Shown: positions 13,743 through 50,417, counted from the first letter of the stretch. The stretch is DNA of 64,000 nucleotides from Salpingoeca rosetta (GCA_033442325.1 JAWQFM010000006.1:2087386-2151385), one strand, 5' to 3'. Made by a program: numbers and translations. Notes: generated by a model not told the origin, from the letters alone.

Positions 13743-16461
13743 GCCATTTCCCGGTTTTCCTGTGTGCTCACGTGCTGCGTTGCCCTGCAATGAACCCCGA
13801 ACTCTTTTGCTCCTCATCACCAACACCACAATCGCCATAATCGATTGTGCGTTTGCAGACGAGACGACAGCAGCCGCCCCCTTCGCATCACAATCGGTCT
13901 GCATGCGTGTATGCATGGGTTCTGTTTTCTTGTGAATGACCATGTCCATATCTGGTGGTGTGCTGACTTGTGGTGTGATGCGTGACTGAGCATTCACACC
14001 CGCTTGCACACAGCCCAACACAGAGATGCAAATGCGTGCACGTACACAGATACCTTTTATGCCAGCTCACTGCTCTCCTGCTGCTGCTTCACTTCGCGTC
14101 CCCTGCTTGTTGTTGCAGTGTGGCAAACGCACAACACGCAATATGCAAAGACGATGGTGGCCACGTGTCGGGAGCAGAAGCGACATTTTAATGTCAGTGA
14201 AGCAAACACAAGCATGTTTCCCAATGAATGTGCATTGCTAAACACACACACATACACACGACGTCTGACCTTCCATGATCATCATGTGTGTGTGTGTGTG
14301 TGCAGGTGTCGTCGCCGACGCCGCGAAAGGGCCGACGGACGAGTGCAGCACACGGCATGGCGCAGAAGATTGAGGTTGGTCGTGCTTTGCATGCAGGCAT
14401 GTGTATGTACGTTTGTGAGGCTGCAGGACATGATGTGACGGCGAGAATCCGGCCAACAGGCGTTGCACACGTCACCATCACTTGCGCACACACACACACA
14501 CACACGCAATGACTTGTGTGCGGGTGGCGGTTAGCACGTCACTAACATCTCTGTGTGCGCGTGTGTGTTCAGGCCCTTGCGCTGTCAGACAACAAGCTGA
14601 TGGCGCCGAGCGCAAAGGAGGTGAAGGTACCAGCAGCGGCCACACGTGTACGCAAGCTGCTATCGCTGAGCGAAAGCCAAACGAGCACATCTGGCCTTGT
14701 TGTCTCTGTTGCAGATGACACGACACACGAAGGGCGGGACGAGGCGCACTTGGAGAAGTTGTTGCGGCGGCGGCGACAAATTGAATTGGAGATTGCGCGC
14801 AAGGAAAAGTTTCTGGAGCGATTGGAGAAGGACGAGCGGGAATACCTGTACGTGACAAACGAGGGGACAAAACGAGTGTATCTGTGTTTGTGTCTGTGTG
14901 TGTGTGTGTGTGTCTGAACCTGTGTCTGTGTTTGTGTGACTGTGTGACCATGTTGCTTGTCTGTCAATTTGCTTTTCTGCGCGTCTGTGCACCTGCATAT
15001 GCTTTGGAGACACCTTGTTCAATCGTGCCGGCGGCTCACTTTGCCAACACCGCCCTGTTAACACACGTATACGCGCTCGCACACACATGCGCGCTCGCAC
15101 ACACATGCGCGCTCGCAGGCTGACGCTGAGTGGAGACGCCCTGCACAACAGCATGTTCCTCGAAGACGATGAGGATGAAGACGATGAAGACGATGAAGAT
15201 GATGACGAGGAGGGGGAGGAGGAAGGTGCAGGAGTAATTGAATTGCGTGAAGAGAGTCAGCACGACACAAATGAGACCATTGGGGCAGTCTCGACTGCTG
15301 CGACTGCCACCGCCGCCAACGATGGTGGTGGCGTGGATGTGCTGCTGCGTGGTGCGAACTTACGCGTTGCCGGGCGCAGGCGTGACAGCGACATTGCACT
15401 CGACAGCTCTGGTGACGATGATGATGATGACGACGAAGATGGTGGTGAGTATGTGTTTGATGATGAAGATGAAGACGAGGAGGAGGTGAAGGACAACAAC
15501 GACGGCAACGACGACGACGCCGGCAACATTCAAGATGGAAGACATGGGAGTTCGCGTGGCGATGATGTAACACAGGTTGCTGCTTCCCCATCCTCATCAA
15601 CAACAACGACAACGTCATACCCTTCCACTCAGCAACACGAAGCAATCGCACACCAGCACGCGCCACCAAAGAACAGCATCAAGCCGTCATCATCGCTACC
15701 ATTGTCGCCATCAAGGGAGCGAGCGCGCAGGTCCAACGCATCGTCATCGATTGACTTCCTGCCAGCTCACGTCGCTCCGCTTGCACACATCCCACGACAT
15801 CGCACGGCCGGCAGCATCGCCTCAGCCACGTCCGCAACCAGCGTACCATCGTCACGCGCCTCCGTCGCAGGGGACGCCGATTCGGGTGATGGTGGTGGTG
15901 ATGGTCGCGGCGGTGGTGATGGTGGCGGTGATGATGTGCTTGCGTCGATGTCGTCGTCATCGTCCCACTCGCTGCGGCGTCGCACCAGCAACAGCAGCAG
16001 ACGCAGCAGCGGTCGACGTGGCAATAGTGTTCGGGGATCAAGTCGACCGGGGCCGTGGCGCGTCCCCGTATCCGTTGATGGCGACCCGGTGAGGAGCATG
16101 TCATTGTGTGTTGTGTTTGTGTGTGTGTGTGTGTCTGTGTCTGTGTCTGTGTCTGTGTCTGTGTCTGTGTCTGTCTGTGTGTGTGTTGTTCTGTGCTTGC
16201 TTCTTTGTTTGGTTGTTTGGTTGTGTCGTTGTTTGCTTGTTTGTGTCGCTGTTTGTTTGTGTTTATTGTGAGTTTGCTTGCTTGCATGCTTCTGATTGGA
16301 AGCTCTTCTCGTTTTGTTTCCTCTTGACTCGATCTGTTCTCACGATGATGTACACACACATACACGCACGCATATACACACGCGTTCAGGATGAGGTGGT
16401 GTTTCCACTTCAGTCTATGGACGGCGATGACGGTGACGGCACGCGCATCACATTCGTCTGA
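11193..16461 (+). CDS. FRMD4: FERM domain protein, FRMD4A/FRMD4B (GRSP1)-like, multi-exon
   Basis: Spliced product MAERKCRVQMLDG...ELFDLIASQYSLQEKQYFGL...WLDLKSKVL...TLPQYGMHFFDVKDKSGVPWRLGVSPRGISQF...PRQ|VYTW closely parallels human FRMD4A (GRRCQVHLLD...ELLDLVASHFNLKEKEYFGI...LPTYGVHYYAVKDKQGIPWWLGLSYKGIFQY). Then a coiled coil, an acidic/Ser-rich region and last exon 16390-16461 ending RITFV*. Phases checked across the exons. Confidence 0.9.
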
Positions 16462-16575
16462 ACACATGTCAGCACATTCGCACGCACACATACCATGCCA
16501 GCTGCTGGTGTGCTGTGCTGGATGGAGCGTTAGACAAGTTAGCTAGGTGTGAATAAACAGAGAGATTGTGTGTAT

Positions 16576-16667
<92 letters not shown>

Positions 16668-17038
16668 AAACGGAGATGAACTGGGAGCATTGAAATTCTC
16701 CTACTCGATTGAATCTGCTGGCTTTGGTGGGTTGCGTGTTGATGGGCCTTGTTTGTGTGCTTCCCCCCCCCCCTTGTTTGCCACAATGAACCTTGTTGTG
16801 TTCCCTTACTTTGCCCAATTCGTCTACCACTGAGTGTACATGCGTAGTTTTGCCCATCATTCTGTACACACTCGTTTCGTTTGTAGCAGACAAGAAAAGC
16901 AGCAGAGCTGGCGTGTGCATGCGCGCGTGTGCGCAGCAACCAATACACCTTAACGAGATCAACAGTAGTTGGATGTAACACAACACAGAGCGAAAGAAGG
17001 GGGAAAGTTCGATTACGTCAGCCGGGCGTGTGTCTGTA

Positions 17039-17145
<107 letters not shown>

Positions 17146-17167
17146 TGGTGGTGTGTGTGTACACACA

Positions 17168-22653
<5,486 letters not shown>

Positions 22654-22703
22654 TGCCGATGTTTATTGCAAGATATTATTCAATTATCTACAACCGCCCC
22701 CAC

Positions 22704-22758
<55 letters not shown>

Positions 22759-22847
22759 CACACACAGCACAGCACACACACATACACACATACATACACA
22801 CATACATACACACACACATAGCACAAACACGATTCCACACGACGTCA

Positions 22848-24226
22848 TCACCTGCGAACCCGCAGCTCCACTTCTTTCTTCTGGCTGTTGAGAAAGTCAA
22901 GGACGCGGCTGCATGTGTGATCGAGAGCAGAGAGCGCCTCTGCTGGTGGCACCTTTTCCCGCCCAGTCTCTGCTGCCTCTGCGCTCTCCTCATATGCATC
23001 CTCCAACTCGGCTTCAAGCTCAGGGTCGGCCTTGGTGCGCAACAGCACAGGCGCTGCAGAGCGGAAGGGAGGAGGTGGAGCGAGGATGGGGGAAAGGTGC
23101 ACACAAAGGCGCACGTCGTCAGCAAAGGAGGCATTTGGCCAAGCAACCTTCACGCAGAACATAGAAACGAAACCATACAATTCCCTCAAACACAACCCGC
23201 ATCACCACACACACACACACGATCGCACACACACACACACACACACAAAACCGCACCACACACACACACACACAAAACCGCACCACACACACACACACGC
23301 ACGCACGCACGCGCACACACACACACACACGATCGCACACGATCACACACACACACACACGATCACACACACACACACGATCACAAACAAAGCCATGATA
23401 GAATGTGAACCATCATCACTCAGGTGCACGATTACCTTTGTCGTGGGTGAAGCTGCTGACGACGCCAGATGTGACGCTCTGGAGGTGCTCATCCAGCTCC
23501 GTCGACATGGCCTTGGGCACGAGCACGCGGTTGTGCAAGTCTGGGTGCTCTCGCCTTCTCAAAGACATCATCAGCACCTCAATTTGCCCTGGTACCAGCA
23601 CCACCAAAGGAAGCGTGCTGGCAATGTGAGGAAGAAAAAAAAACACGTCGTGCCATAAACACGCCGTGATACAAAGACCAAAACACTGGTGACACATTGG
23701 AATTGTATCTCGCGTGTTGCTGCTTCCTTTGCCTTTGCCTCCATTGCTTTCCCCCTCGGCACCGACACAGACGGACAGCCACTCATTCCAAAGCAGAAAG
23801 CAGGCCACTCACGTTCGATTGTTTGTAGGTTGCTCAGCATTTGTCGCCTGCGTCAAACATGTTTGGAGGGGAGAGAACAGCACAGAAAACATTGTTACAT
23901 CAGCTGCACAGTGCATACGTCTTGTCGGTATGCAAAACACACCGCAAGCAAAACAAAGAAAGCTCACCGACACAAACACACGCCATGCACACGCACACAC
24001 ATGCAAACGCACACACATGCACACACACACATGCAAACGCACACACGCCCATGCACACGCACACACATGCAAACGCACACACGCGCATCAGGGGCACAGA
24101 ACGCACGCACCAGGAGGGAGAGGATGTCTTGAGCGTGGATCTCATCTTGTACAGCTCATCTTGAATCGCCGTTGCCTTTGACAGCAACGCATCCAGCGTC
24201 AGCCGCAGCACTCCGCTGTCACCCAT
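22848..24226 (-). CDS. MED8: Mediator complex subunit 8
   Basis: Four exons give MGDSGVLRLTLDALLSKATAIQDEL...PSW|RQMLSNLQTIE|RQIEVL...HPDLHNRVLVP...VVSSFTHDK|APVLLRTKADPELE...LDHTCSRVL. Human MED8 has LDALLSQV...TWPSVLD...PLFRNQVIIP...FSHEVVPDHLRTKPDPEVE. Stop is TGA 22848 unspliced or TAA 22684 if the last intron is removed. Confidence 0.88.
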
Positions 24227-24576
24227 CGTCTCCGTCGGTAGAATTCTGGTGAATGATGACCTGCAATTTTCAGAACTTCAACCACCTGACGATTGTGTTG
24301 TTGTTGCTGCTTCGTGTTTGCGCACCCCACCTTCTGCTCTTCTTCATCGTCGTTGATTGATTGACCTTGTTCATCTTCTGCGCTGGTTGCTGGTTGGCTG
24401 CGAAGGACAAGCATAGTGTCGAGCAAACGACCTTGCTTGAAAGTGTTGCCCGTCGCTGTTATCGCTTCTGCCGCTGCTGCTGGTTGAGGCAGACGTTCGT
24501 TCGTGCGTGCTGGGTTTGTGTTTGTGTTTGGGTTTGTGGTTTGTTTGGGTTTGTGTGAGGGGGCAGACAAGGCGCC

Positions 24577-25328
24577 ATGTTTGATCGCGTACGGAAATGG
24601 TTTGATGGCGTGTACAAGTCCTTCACCGACCCCAATGACACCACGCCTTCATCGTCCTCTGCGCCTGGTGCCGGATCAAGGTATGTGTGTGTGTGTCTGT
24701 GCGCCTGTGCGTCTGTGCGTGCGTATGCGTATGCGTGTGTGTGTCTTTGTGTGTCTTTGTGTGTGTGCGTGCGTATGCGTATGCGTGTGTGTGTGTGTCT
24801 GTGCGCCTGTGTCTATGTGTGTCTTTGTGTGTGTGTGTGTGTGTTCACCTGTGCGCACTCGTCTTGCCTGGAACTTGCCTCTGTGCGTCTCTGTGCGTCT
24901 CTCTTTGTCCTGTTCTTGTTGGTGTGTTTTGCCTCCATGCCTCTCAACAACCTTTCTGCGGGCGTTGTCGTCATTCGCGTGCGATGGCTGCATGTAGGCC
25001 CGGCGCAACAAAACCAACAAATGTCGTTGTACCGGTGACTGCGAAACAAGGGTGAGTGTACAACGCTTGCTTCTGAGTTGGCTCTCGCAGAACCACCCGC
25101 TTGCCGCTTTGCACATCGTCTTGCTCACTTTCCCGCCCGTTTCTGCTCCTACCTCAGGTCTCGATTTGTGGATGAAGACGGCTTTGCCGCGCATGAGTTT
25201 TATGAGGAAGCAGAGGACGGCCACACACTGAAGCGTGTTCCACAGAGCAGACTACGACCTGAGGTGTGTGCGTGTGTGTCTGTGTCTGTGTGTGTCTGTG
25301 TGTGTGTGTGTGTGTCTGTGTGTGTCTG

Positions 25329-25375
<47 letters not shown>

Positions 25376-25615
25376 GCGTGTGTCTCTCTCTGTGTGTATC
25401 TGTCTCTGTCTCCGGTTCTCTGTGTCTGTGTGTCTGTATCTGTATCTGTGACTGTGCGTGCACCATGCGTGCGTGCCTGCCTGGCTCACATCAATCTATT
25501 CGCACCATACCCTCACCTTGACGTCAACACATGGCCGTAGGGGACAATCAAACTTGACAAACCGGTGCTGCCCACAGACTGCCCAATCTTGCTGTGTACA
25601 GCCCATTCTTTCTAG
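24577..25615 (+). CDS. TUSC2: Tumor suppressor candidate 2 (FUS1) homolog, 4 exons
   Basis: Spliced [16 protein letters not shown]...SR|[18 protein letters not shown]|[35 protein letters not shown]|[24 protein letters not shown], versus human GSMFYDEDGDLAHEFYEE...LRRVHKNLIPQGIVKLDHPRIHVDFPVIL. Confidence 0.9.
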
Positions 25616-25966
25616 CAAACCTGACGCCTTCTCCCCTCTTTCGCTTTCGCCCCTAACCGCGATGATGACAACAACGAAGTGGGCTGCCAGCAGAAGTGTG
25701 CCCTTGCTTGCTTGCTTGCTTGCTTGCTGAGCTGTGTCGCTTGCATGTGTGTGTGTGTGTGAGTGCGTGCGCGTGTGTGCCGGTCTGGTGGACCTCATCT
25801 CCGCAACGGCCATGCCCTGTGTGTGTGTTCATTGTTTCGAACCTATGATTTCCATAGTTAACCAATAACAACCCTGTACACAAACGCGACCGCAACGAGG
25901 TGTGGGGAGTCTGTGTGTATGCCTGCGTGTGGGTGGGTGTGTGTGTCTGTCCATCTGTCCATCTCT

Positions 25967-26020
<54 letters not shown>

Positions 26021-26455
26021 GCTTGCTTGCTTGCTTGTTTGTGTGTTGCAGCTTTCCCATCACCACAGTCAATGAATGCGGATTTAAGTCGTTCAAAAAT
26101 CACAAACGAAAACTTGAGAAGATGAAGCCATTGTAACAGCGCTCGCACACACATGCACACACACATGCACACACATACATACACGCACACACATACACGC
26201 AACGCAACAGCGTCAACACACATGGGCGGGTCTCAACCAACACGACAACCAACCAACAGACGCGAAAATGGCATGAGGTTTAAACAATGGCGCCTTTGGA
26301 ACGTATTGAAAGGAAAGTTACCAGTTACACAGCACACGCACACAACACGCAGATACACACACATGCACACACATGCACGCACGCACACACACACGCAAAC
26401 ACACACGTACACACACACACGCAAACACACACACACACACACAACCATGTCCATG

Positions 26456-36821
<10,366 letters not shown>

Positions 36822-37598
36822 GATTGCGCTGGTGCTCTTTGTGTATCTGGGATGAAGAGTGGGGGGGGAAGGCGGCAAGGGGGGGGGGGATAGGGGGGAT
36901 GAGGGAGCAAGAGAGCAAGGGGTGAGGGGAGGAGGGGAGGAGGGGAACACAGCGCAGCTGCTGCGGGTGCGGCTCAGGCAAAACAATGCGCTTGTGTTGT
37001 GTTGTTTGCTGTCGAGCTTGGTTTGTTTGCGTGCAAGCAGCAGCAAAGTCGCCGTTGGAAAAAAAATAAAGAAAAAGTGCCGCCGCCAAATTCAAACGCG
37101 CGTTGTGTTGTGTGTTGTTGTGGTGTGTTGTGTTGTGTTGTGTTGTGTGTTCTTTGTGTTGTGTTCATGTGTCGTGTGTGTTGTGTTGTGTGTAACAGGA
37201 CAGAATACGACTTGGAGACCCGCACCAGACCATCGTGGCCATCTTAAGCTCAACGTATTTGCAATACACACGAGTCATTGTATTTATCCATTTCATTTTT
37301 GTACAACTTGCTGTGCGCAGTTCCTTTCCTTCTTCATATTGATTCCAGACTGAGTCGAGTCTCACAACATCGCGGACGCGATCGCGCCTTCCCAGCACGC
37401 GTGCAACCGGCGTTGTGCTGCTGCCACCACACACTTTTCCCGCCAAAACGCTATCGTGTATCAAACATTTGATGTGACACACGAGTAAATACATGCAAAT
37501 TTGTTTGCTGCTGACCTGCCAGTGTCTCCTTGTTGAACCTCATGCGTTTTATGTACAGTAACGACAAGTGTGCCAGGCAGCAGGCGCAGCGTGGCGAG

Positions 37599-45208
<7,610 letters not shown>

Positions 45209-45218
45209 CCGTGTGTGT

Positions 45219-45236
45219 GTTGCTGCTTTGGGTAAC
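45219..45236. promoter_or_regulatory. Candidate RFX X-box just upstream of the TMEM67 ATG
   Basis: Minus strand GTTACC-CAA-AGCAGC(AAC), one mismatch to GTNRCC(N0-3)RGYAAC, in front of a ciliary gene. Confidence 0.45.
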
Positions 45237-45507
45237 GGCAAAGGCAAAATTGACTTTACGCTGTCAACCGAAAGGCAATTTTGCCCTTGTGCATTTCCAG
45301 CACGCAAAACAAAAGAAGCGAGAACAGACAGCAAGAAGCAGGCAGGTGCGTGGTGGTGATGGCTTGGTCTGCTTGACATGAACCACAATGGTGGCGACGA
45401 GGAATGGAGCGGTGGTGTGATGTGTGAGTGATGTGTGAGTGATGTGTGATGCGGGGAGGGTGTGCTGATTTCACAGCCCCTTTTTGTTGGGCATCTTTTG
45501 TGTGAGT

Positions 45508-45521
45508 GTTGTCATGGTTTC
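45508..45521. promoter_or_regulatory. Candidate RFX X-box in the TMEM67/PPP6C divergent promoter
   Basis: GTTGTCATGGTTTC: a perfect GTTGYCA half-site with ATGG spacing. Confidence 0.4.
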
Positions 45522-45661
45522 TTCTGACATGCAGCGTCGCCGTCGTTCATTCAATTGTCGTTGTTGACTTGATGTTGTCGTTGTTGTGGGTGTCCATGAT
45601 CCAAATCGCATCCCACAGACAGACAAACACACACGCACACACACAGTGCAGAACACCACAG

Positions 45662-46505
45662 ATGGATCCCGAAAAGTGGATTGACGCAGTCAAGGACTGC
45701 CAATACTTGCCGGAGCAGGACTTAAAGGTGCGCTTTCGCTTCCGTCGTGAGTGAAGAAGCGGCCAATGTGGTGGTGGCAACCAACTCGCCTGGACCCACC
45801 TCGCTTGCACCGAACGCTGTTCCTGATGTGTGTTACCCATGGGTTGTTTCTACAGCTGCTCTGCGACAAGGTCTGCGAGATCTTGATGGAGGAAGGCACG
45901 GTGCAGACAGTATCGGCACCTGTAACGGTCTGCGGCGACATCCACGGACAGGTGCAAGGAAATGCTGCATGTGTGTGTGTGTTGTATGCTTTGTGTGTAT
46001 GTGTGTGTATGTGTGTGTATGTGTGTGTGTATGTGTATGTGTGTGTGTGTTGCGTGTGGGTTGTCTGTGCGCAGGACATGCGGGTGTGTTTTACATTTCC
46101 CCTTTCTTCCTCACGACTGATGGCTGTTGTTGTGCCTCCGAATTGCTACCGTCAGTTCTACGATCTGGAAGAGCTGTTCAGGCGTGGTGGTCAGGTCCCA
46201 GAGACCAAGTACATCTTCATGGTGCGTCTTGAGCCGGCTTATTCATGCGTGTGTCTCAGAGATGGGCTGGGGTTAAAGCGAGGAGCAAGGAGTGGAGGGG
46301 GGGGGGGGCGAGAACTGCAGAGATGAAAGCGAGCTATGTCGCACAAGAGCGCAGGCTTGTGCTAACATATGCTCTTTGGGGGATTGTGTGTGTGTGTGTG
46401 TTGTCGTCCTCTCTACCATGAATGGCAGGGCGACTTTGTGGACAGAGGGCATTACAGCTTGGAAACGTTTACGCGGTTGCTCACCCTCAAAGTCAAGTGC
46501 GTCAG

Positions 46506-46562
<57 letters not shown>

Positions 46563-48318
46563 GTTGTNNNNNNNNNNNNNNNNNNNNNNNNNNNNNNNNN
46601 NNNNNNNNNNNNNNNNNNNNNNNNNNNNNNNNNNNNNNNNNNNNNNNNNNNNNNNNNNNNNNNNNNNNNNNNNNNNNNNNNNNNNNNNNNNNNNNNNNNN
46701 NNNNNNNNNNNNNNNNNNNNNNNNNNNNNNNNNNNNNNNNNNNNNNNNNNNNNNNNNNNNNNNNNNNNNNNNNNNNNNNNNNNNNNNNNNNNNNNNNNNN
46801 NNNNNNNNNNNNNNNNNNNNNNNNNNNNNNNNNNNNNNNNNNNNNNNNNNNNNNNNNNNNNNNNNNNNNNNNNNNNNNNNNNNNNNNNNNNNNNNNNNNN
46901 NNNNNNNNNNNNNNNNNNNNNNNNNNNNNNNNNNNNNNNNNNNNNNNNNNNNNNNNNNNNNNNNNNNNNNNNNNNNNNNNNNNNNNNNNNNNNNNNNNNN
47001 NNNNNNNNNNNNNNNNNNNNNNNNNNNNNNNNNNNNNNNNNNNNNNNNNNNNNNNNNNNNNNNNNNNNNNNNNNNNNNNNNNNNNNNNNNNNNNNNNNNN
47101 NNNNNNNNNNNNNNNNNNNNNNNNNNNNNNNNNNNNNNNNNNNNNNNNNNNNNNNNNNNNNNNNNNNNNNNNNNNNNNNNNNNNNNNNNNNNNNNNNNNN
47201 NNNNNNNNNNNNNNNNNNNNNNNNNNNNNNNNNNNNNNNNNNNNNNNNNNNNNNNNNNNNNNNNNNNNNNNNNNNNNNNNNNNNNNNNNNNNNNNNNNNN
47301 NNNNNNNNNNNNNNNNNNNNNNNNNNNNNNNNNNNNNNNNNNNNNNNNNNNNNNNNNNNNNNNNNNNNNNNNNNNNNNNNNNNNNNNNNNNNNNNNNNNN
47401 NNNNNNNNNNNNNNNNNNNNNNNNNNNNNNNNNNNNNNNNNNNNNNNNNNNNNNNNNNTTGCGCGTGTGCGTGTGCGTGTGCGTGTGTGCGTGTGCGTGT
47501 GTGCGTGTGCGTGTGTGCGTGTGCGTGTGCGTGTGCGTGTGCGTGTGTGCGTGTGCGTGTGCGTGTGCGTGCGTGTGTGCGTGTGCGTGTGCGTGTGCGT
47601 GTGCGTGCGTTTGCGTGTGCGTGTGCGTGTGCACCTGCACACCACCGTATGCTGGTTGTGACCTCAATTTGCCCTCATTCTCCACACTGCCTCGGCCACC
47701 ACGACAGTTCAACGAGCACAACGGCGTTGATCTCATTTGCCGCGCGCATCAGCTTGTGGCGGAGGGCATCAAGTACATGTTTGAGGGCGATCTCCTCGCA
47801 ACCGTCTGGTCCGCCCCAAACTACTGCTACAGGTCCGCGTTTTGTTGTGTTGTGTTGTGTTGTTGTGTTGTTGTGCTGTGTTGTGTTGTTGTGTTGTTGT
47901 ATTGTTGTTGTTGTTGTGTCGTGTCGTGTTGTGTTGTGTTGTGTTGTGTTGTTGTGTTGTTGTGCTGTGTTCATGTGTCGTGTTGATGTGTTGTGTATGG
48001 TGTGTATGCGCATGTGTGTGTGTGCGTGTGCATTTTTACATGCTGTCGTGTCCTCACGTCATTGTGCGGCGGTTTAGATGCGGAAATGTCGCCGCCATCC
48101 TCTCCTTTGACGAGAACCTCAACCGCGACGCAAAGATCTTCCAAGGTGCGTCATGCAGCCACACATGCACCATGCAAACACACACACACAGACACACACA
48201 CACACACACACACACAGAGCACAATACCTCACCTCATTGTTTGCCGTGTGACTGCACAGCTGTTCCTGACGAGAACCGGAAAGTGCCGCCGCCACGGACA
48301 ACGCCGTACTTCCTGTGA
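45662..48318 (+). CDS. PPP6C: Ser/Thr protein phosphatase 6 catalytic subunit (Sit4 ortholog); middle exons hidden in the gap
   Basis: [22 protein letters not shown]|[10 protein letters not shown]...[10 protein letters not shown]|FYDL...[12 protein letters not shown]|[18 protein letters not shown] ... LICRAHQLV...[11 protein letters not shown]|CGNVA...[19 protein letters not shown]. The N- and C-terminal motifs are PP6-specific. The GNHE exon is not visible and must lie in the Ns. Confidence 0.95.
46568..47458. other. Assembly gap within PPP6C
   Basis: Run of N. Conserved central PP6 exons are absent from the visible sequence. Confidence 0.99.
47460..47632. repeat. (GCGTGT)n degenerate hexamer repeat abutting an assembly gap
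   Basis: Directly visible. Confidence 0.9.
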
Positions 48319-49044
48319 TCACCACCACCGTCAACATCACCACCACCTGCTTGTCTTATGTTCACATTAGTCATCGTGAATTGCCTTTGTCATCATCGTT
48401 GTTGTGCATTGTTGTCAACCCATGTCCTGCCTACCTCGTTGCTCTCTGTCTCGCTCGCTTGCTTGCTCGGTTGTTACTTCTTCTTTCTTCGCTTTTTCTC
48501 CTCTTTCCTGCCCCCCCCCAAATCGCCATCAGCACCATAGCGCGTGCGTGCGTGTACCCGTCGTCTCGCCCGAACGTCTCTTGACAACTGCACATACACA
48601 CGCGGGGCCACTCGCTTGTTCGCTCGCTCGTCTCTGCCCTGCTTCGTCGCTGTGGCTTTGCTCGCTTCTCTCTGTTGTTGAGGCGCTGACGCACAGCCAC
48701 CGACGAACACATGTGAGCCAACTTGATCACCTGCACCCAACGTGCATTTCCCACACTTTCCTTCTATTCCTGCTTGCCCTGCCATATAGCTTTTCCCCCC
48801 TCGCATTTGCGTGCGCCAGTGTTGTCAATCAATCAACCAATCTATTCAGTCATGACAGGCAGACGCGGCTGTGGTTGAACGCAGCAGCAGCACATGCACA
48901 TGCACAAAAATGCAACCAAGTCGTCGACAGCTCTCTGATCGCATAACCGCTGCACGCACACATGCACACGCATACCCAGTGCATACATGTGCGCAAATGC
49001 ACAAACACGCGCACATGCGATGCAAATGGCGTACACATACAAAT

Positions 49045-49119
<75 letters not shown>

Positions 49120-49158
49120 GCAAGCCCCCCCCCCCCCATAACCGCACGTGGCCCAGGC

Positions 49159-49875
49159 CTAGTCCGCGATGCGAGAGGTGAGGAGGGAGCGCGTGTGTCT
49201 GCGGTCGTGTGTCCGCGCAAACAGCGACGCCACAACAGGCAGCGTGACGAGGACAGCGAGCAGGTAAGACCCGCCACTCGTGCCGTGGTGCCGCACCACC
49301 TGCGCAACGAGCGGTGCCTGGGACACCAGCATCATGACGGCGGTGACAGCGATGGTGATTGTGAGGAAAACAGGAAGCGGGCAATGCATCACCACACGTG
49401 ACATCACACCACCAGCACCACACGTGTTACGACACCACCAGCGGCACCTTGCTTGTGTTCTGACCTGAATCACGGCCCCCAACGTCCCGAAACAGCTGAT
49501 GACGCTGACAACGGACGTCACCGCATCTGGCACAGCAATGCGTGAGATGGTGGGTGAGGGAGTGAGTGAGTGAGGGAGTGTCTGTGCGTGCATGATTGTG
49601 CGCGCGTGTGCGTTATACGGTCAGGTCAGCATGCGAGTGGGAAGTTGCAGGTCGGAGACTTCAGGCAGCAAACGAGAACGAGGCAAGAGGCAAGTGACTG
49701 ACCAACTTCGATGCCGATTGCAATGGCCATTGATGTCGAGATCATCACCTCAACGCCGCCATAACATGCGCCTGTTTGCAGTGTTGACGTGAAGCGGAAC
49801 GTGTGGCGCAGGAGGGGGATATGCAAGGCCCATGAGCAAAACACAAAACAAAACAAGGAAATGATATCGCAGTGA

Positions 49876-49916
<41 letters not shown>

Positions 49917-49927
49917 CACACACACAC

Positions 49928-49961
<34 letters not shown>

Positions 49962-50330
49962 CACACCAACCCATTGCGAGGAGGAAGAACGACTGGAAGA
50001 CGGGATTGCTGCCAGCTGTCTGGTGGAACATGGCTGTGGAGATGGCGCCAATAATCAACGCAACCTGACACGTTGCCACTTTCCTCCCGCTCGCAAACCT
50101 GGTTGTAGGCGCACGCGCGCGTTGAGGTGTGTTGAGGATGTGTTGACGGGGTGTTGCACTTGTTATGGTGGAGCCAAAACAATCAACATGGACACAAGAT
50201 CAACGGATCCAAGATACGATACAGCAGCAGTCACACCTCTCGCCAGCGGCCCCAATGAGTGCAGATCCAAGCAGCCCGCCAATTTCAAACGTGCTCGACA
50301 TGTAACCTGCGAGCACACACACACACGTAG

Positions 50331-50366
<36 letters not shown>

Positions 50367-50369
50367 GTA

Positions 50370-50417
<48 letters not shown>

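Noticed and set aside
22848-22850. TGA at the MED8 end as selenocysteine or readthrough into the next gene
   Set aside because: It is followed immediately by a second TGA, the spliced form has two TAA codons, and no SECIS was seen.
46568-47458. PP6c apparently lacking the GNHE catalytic motif (pseudogene or pseudophosphatase?)
   Set aside because: The missing region coincides with an 891-N gap, and all visible exons are intact.
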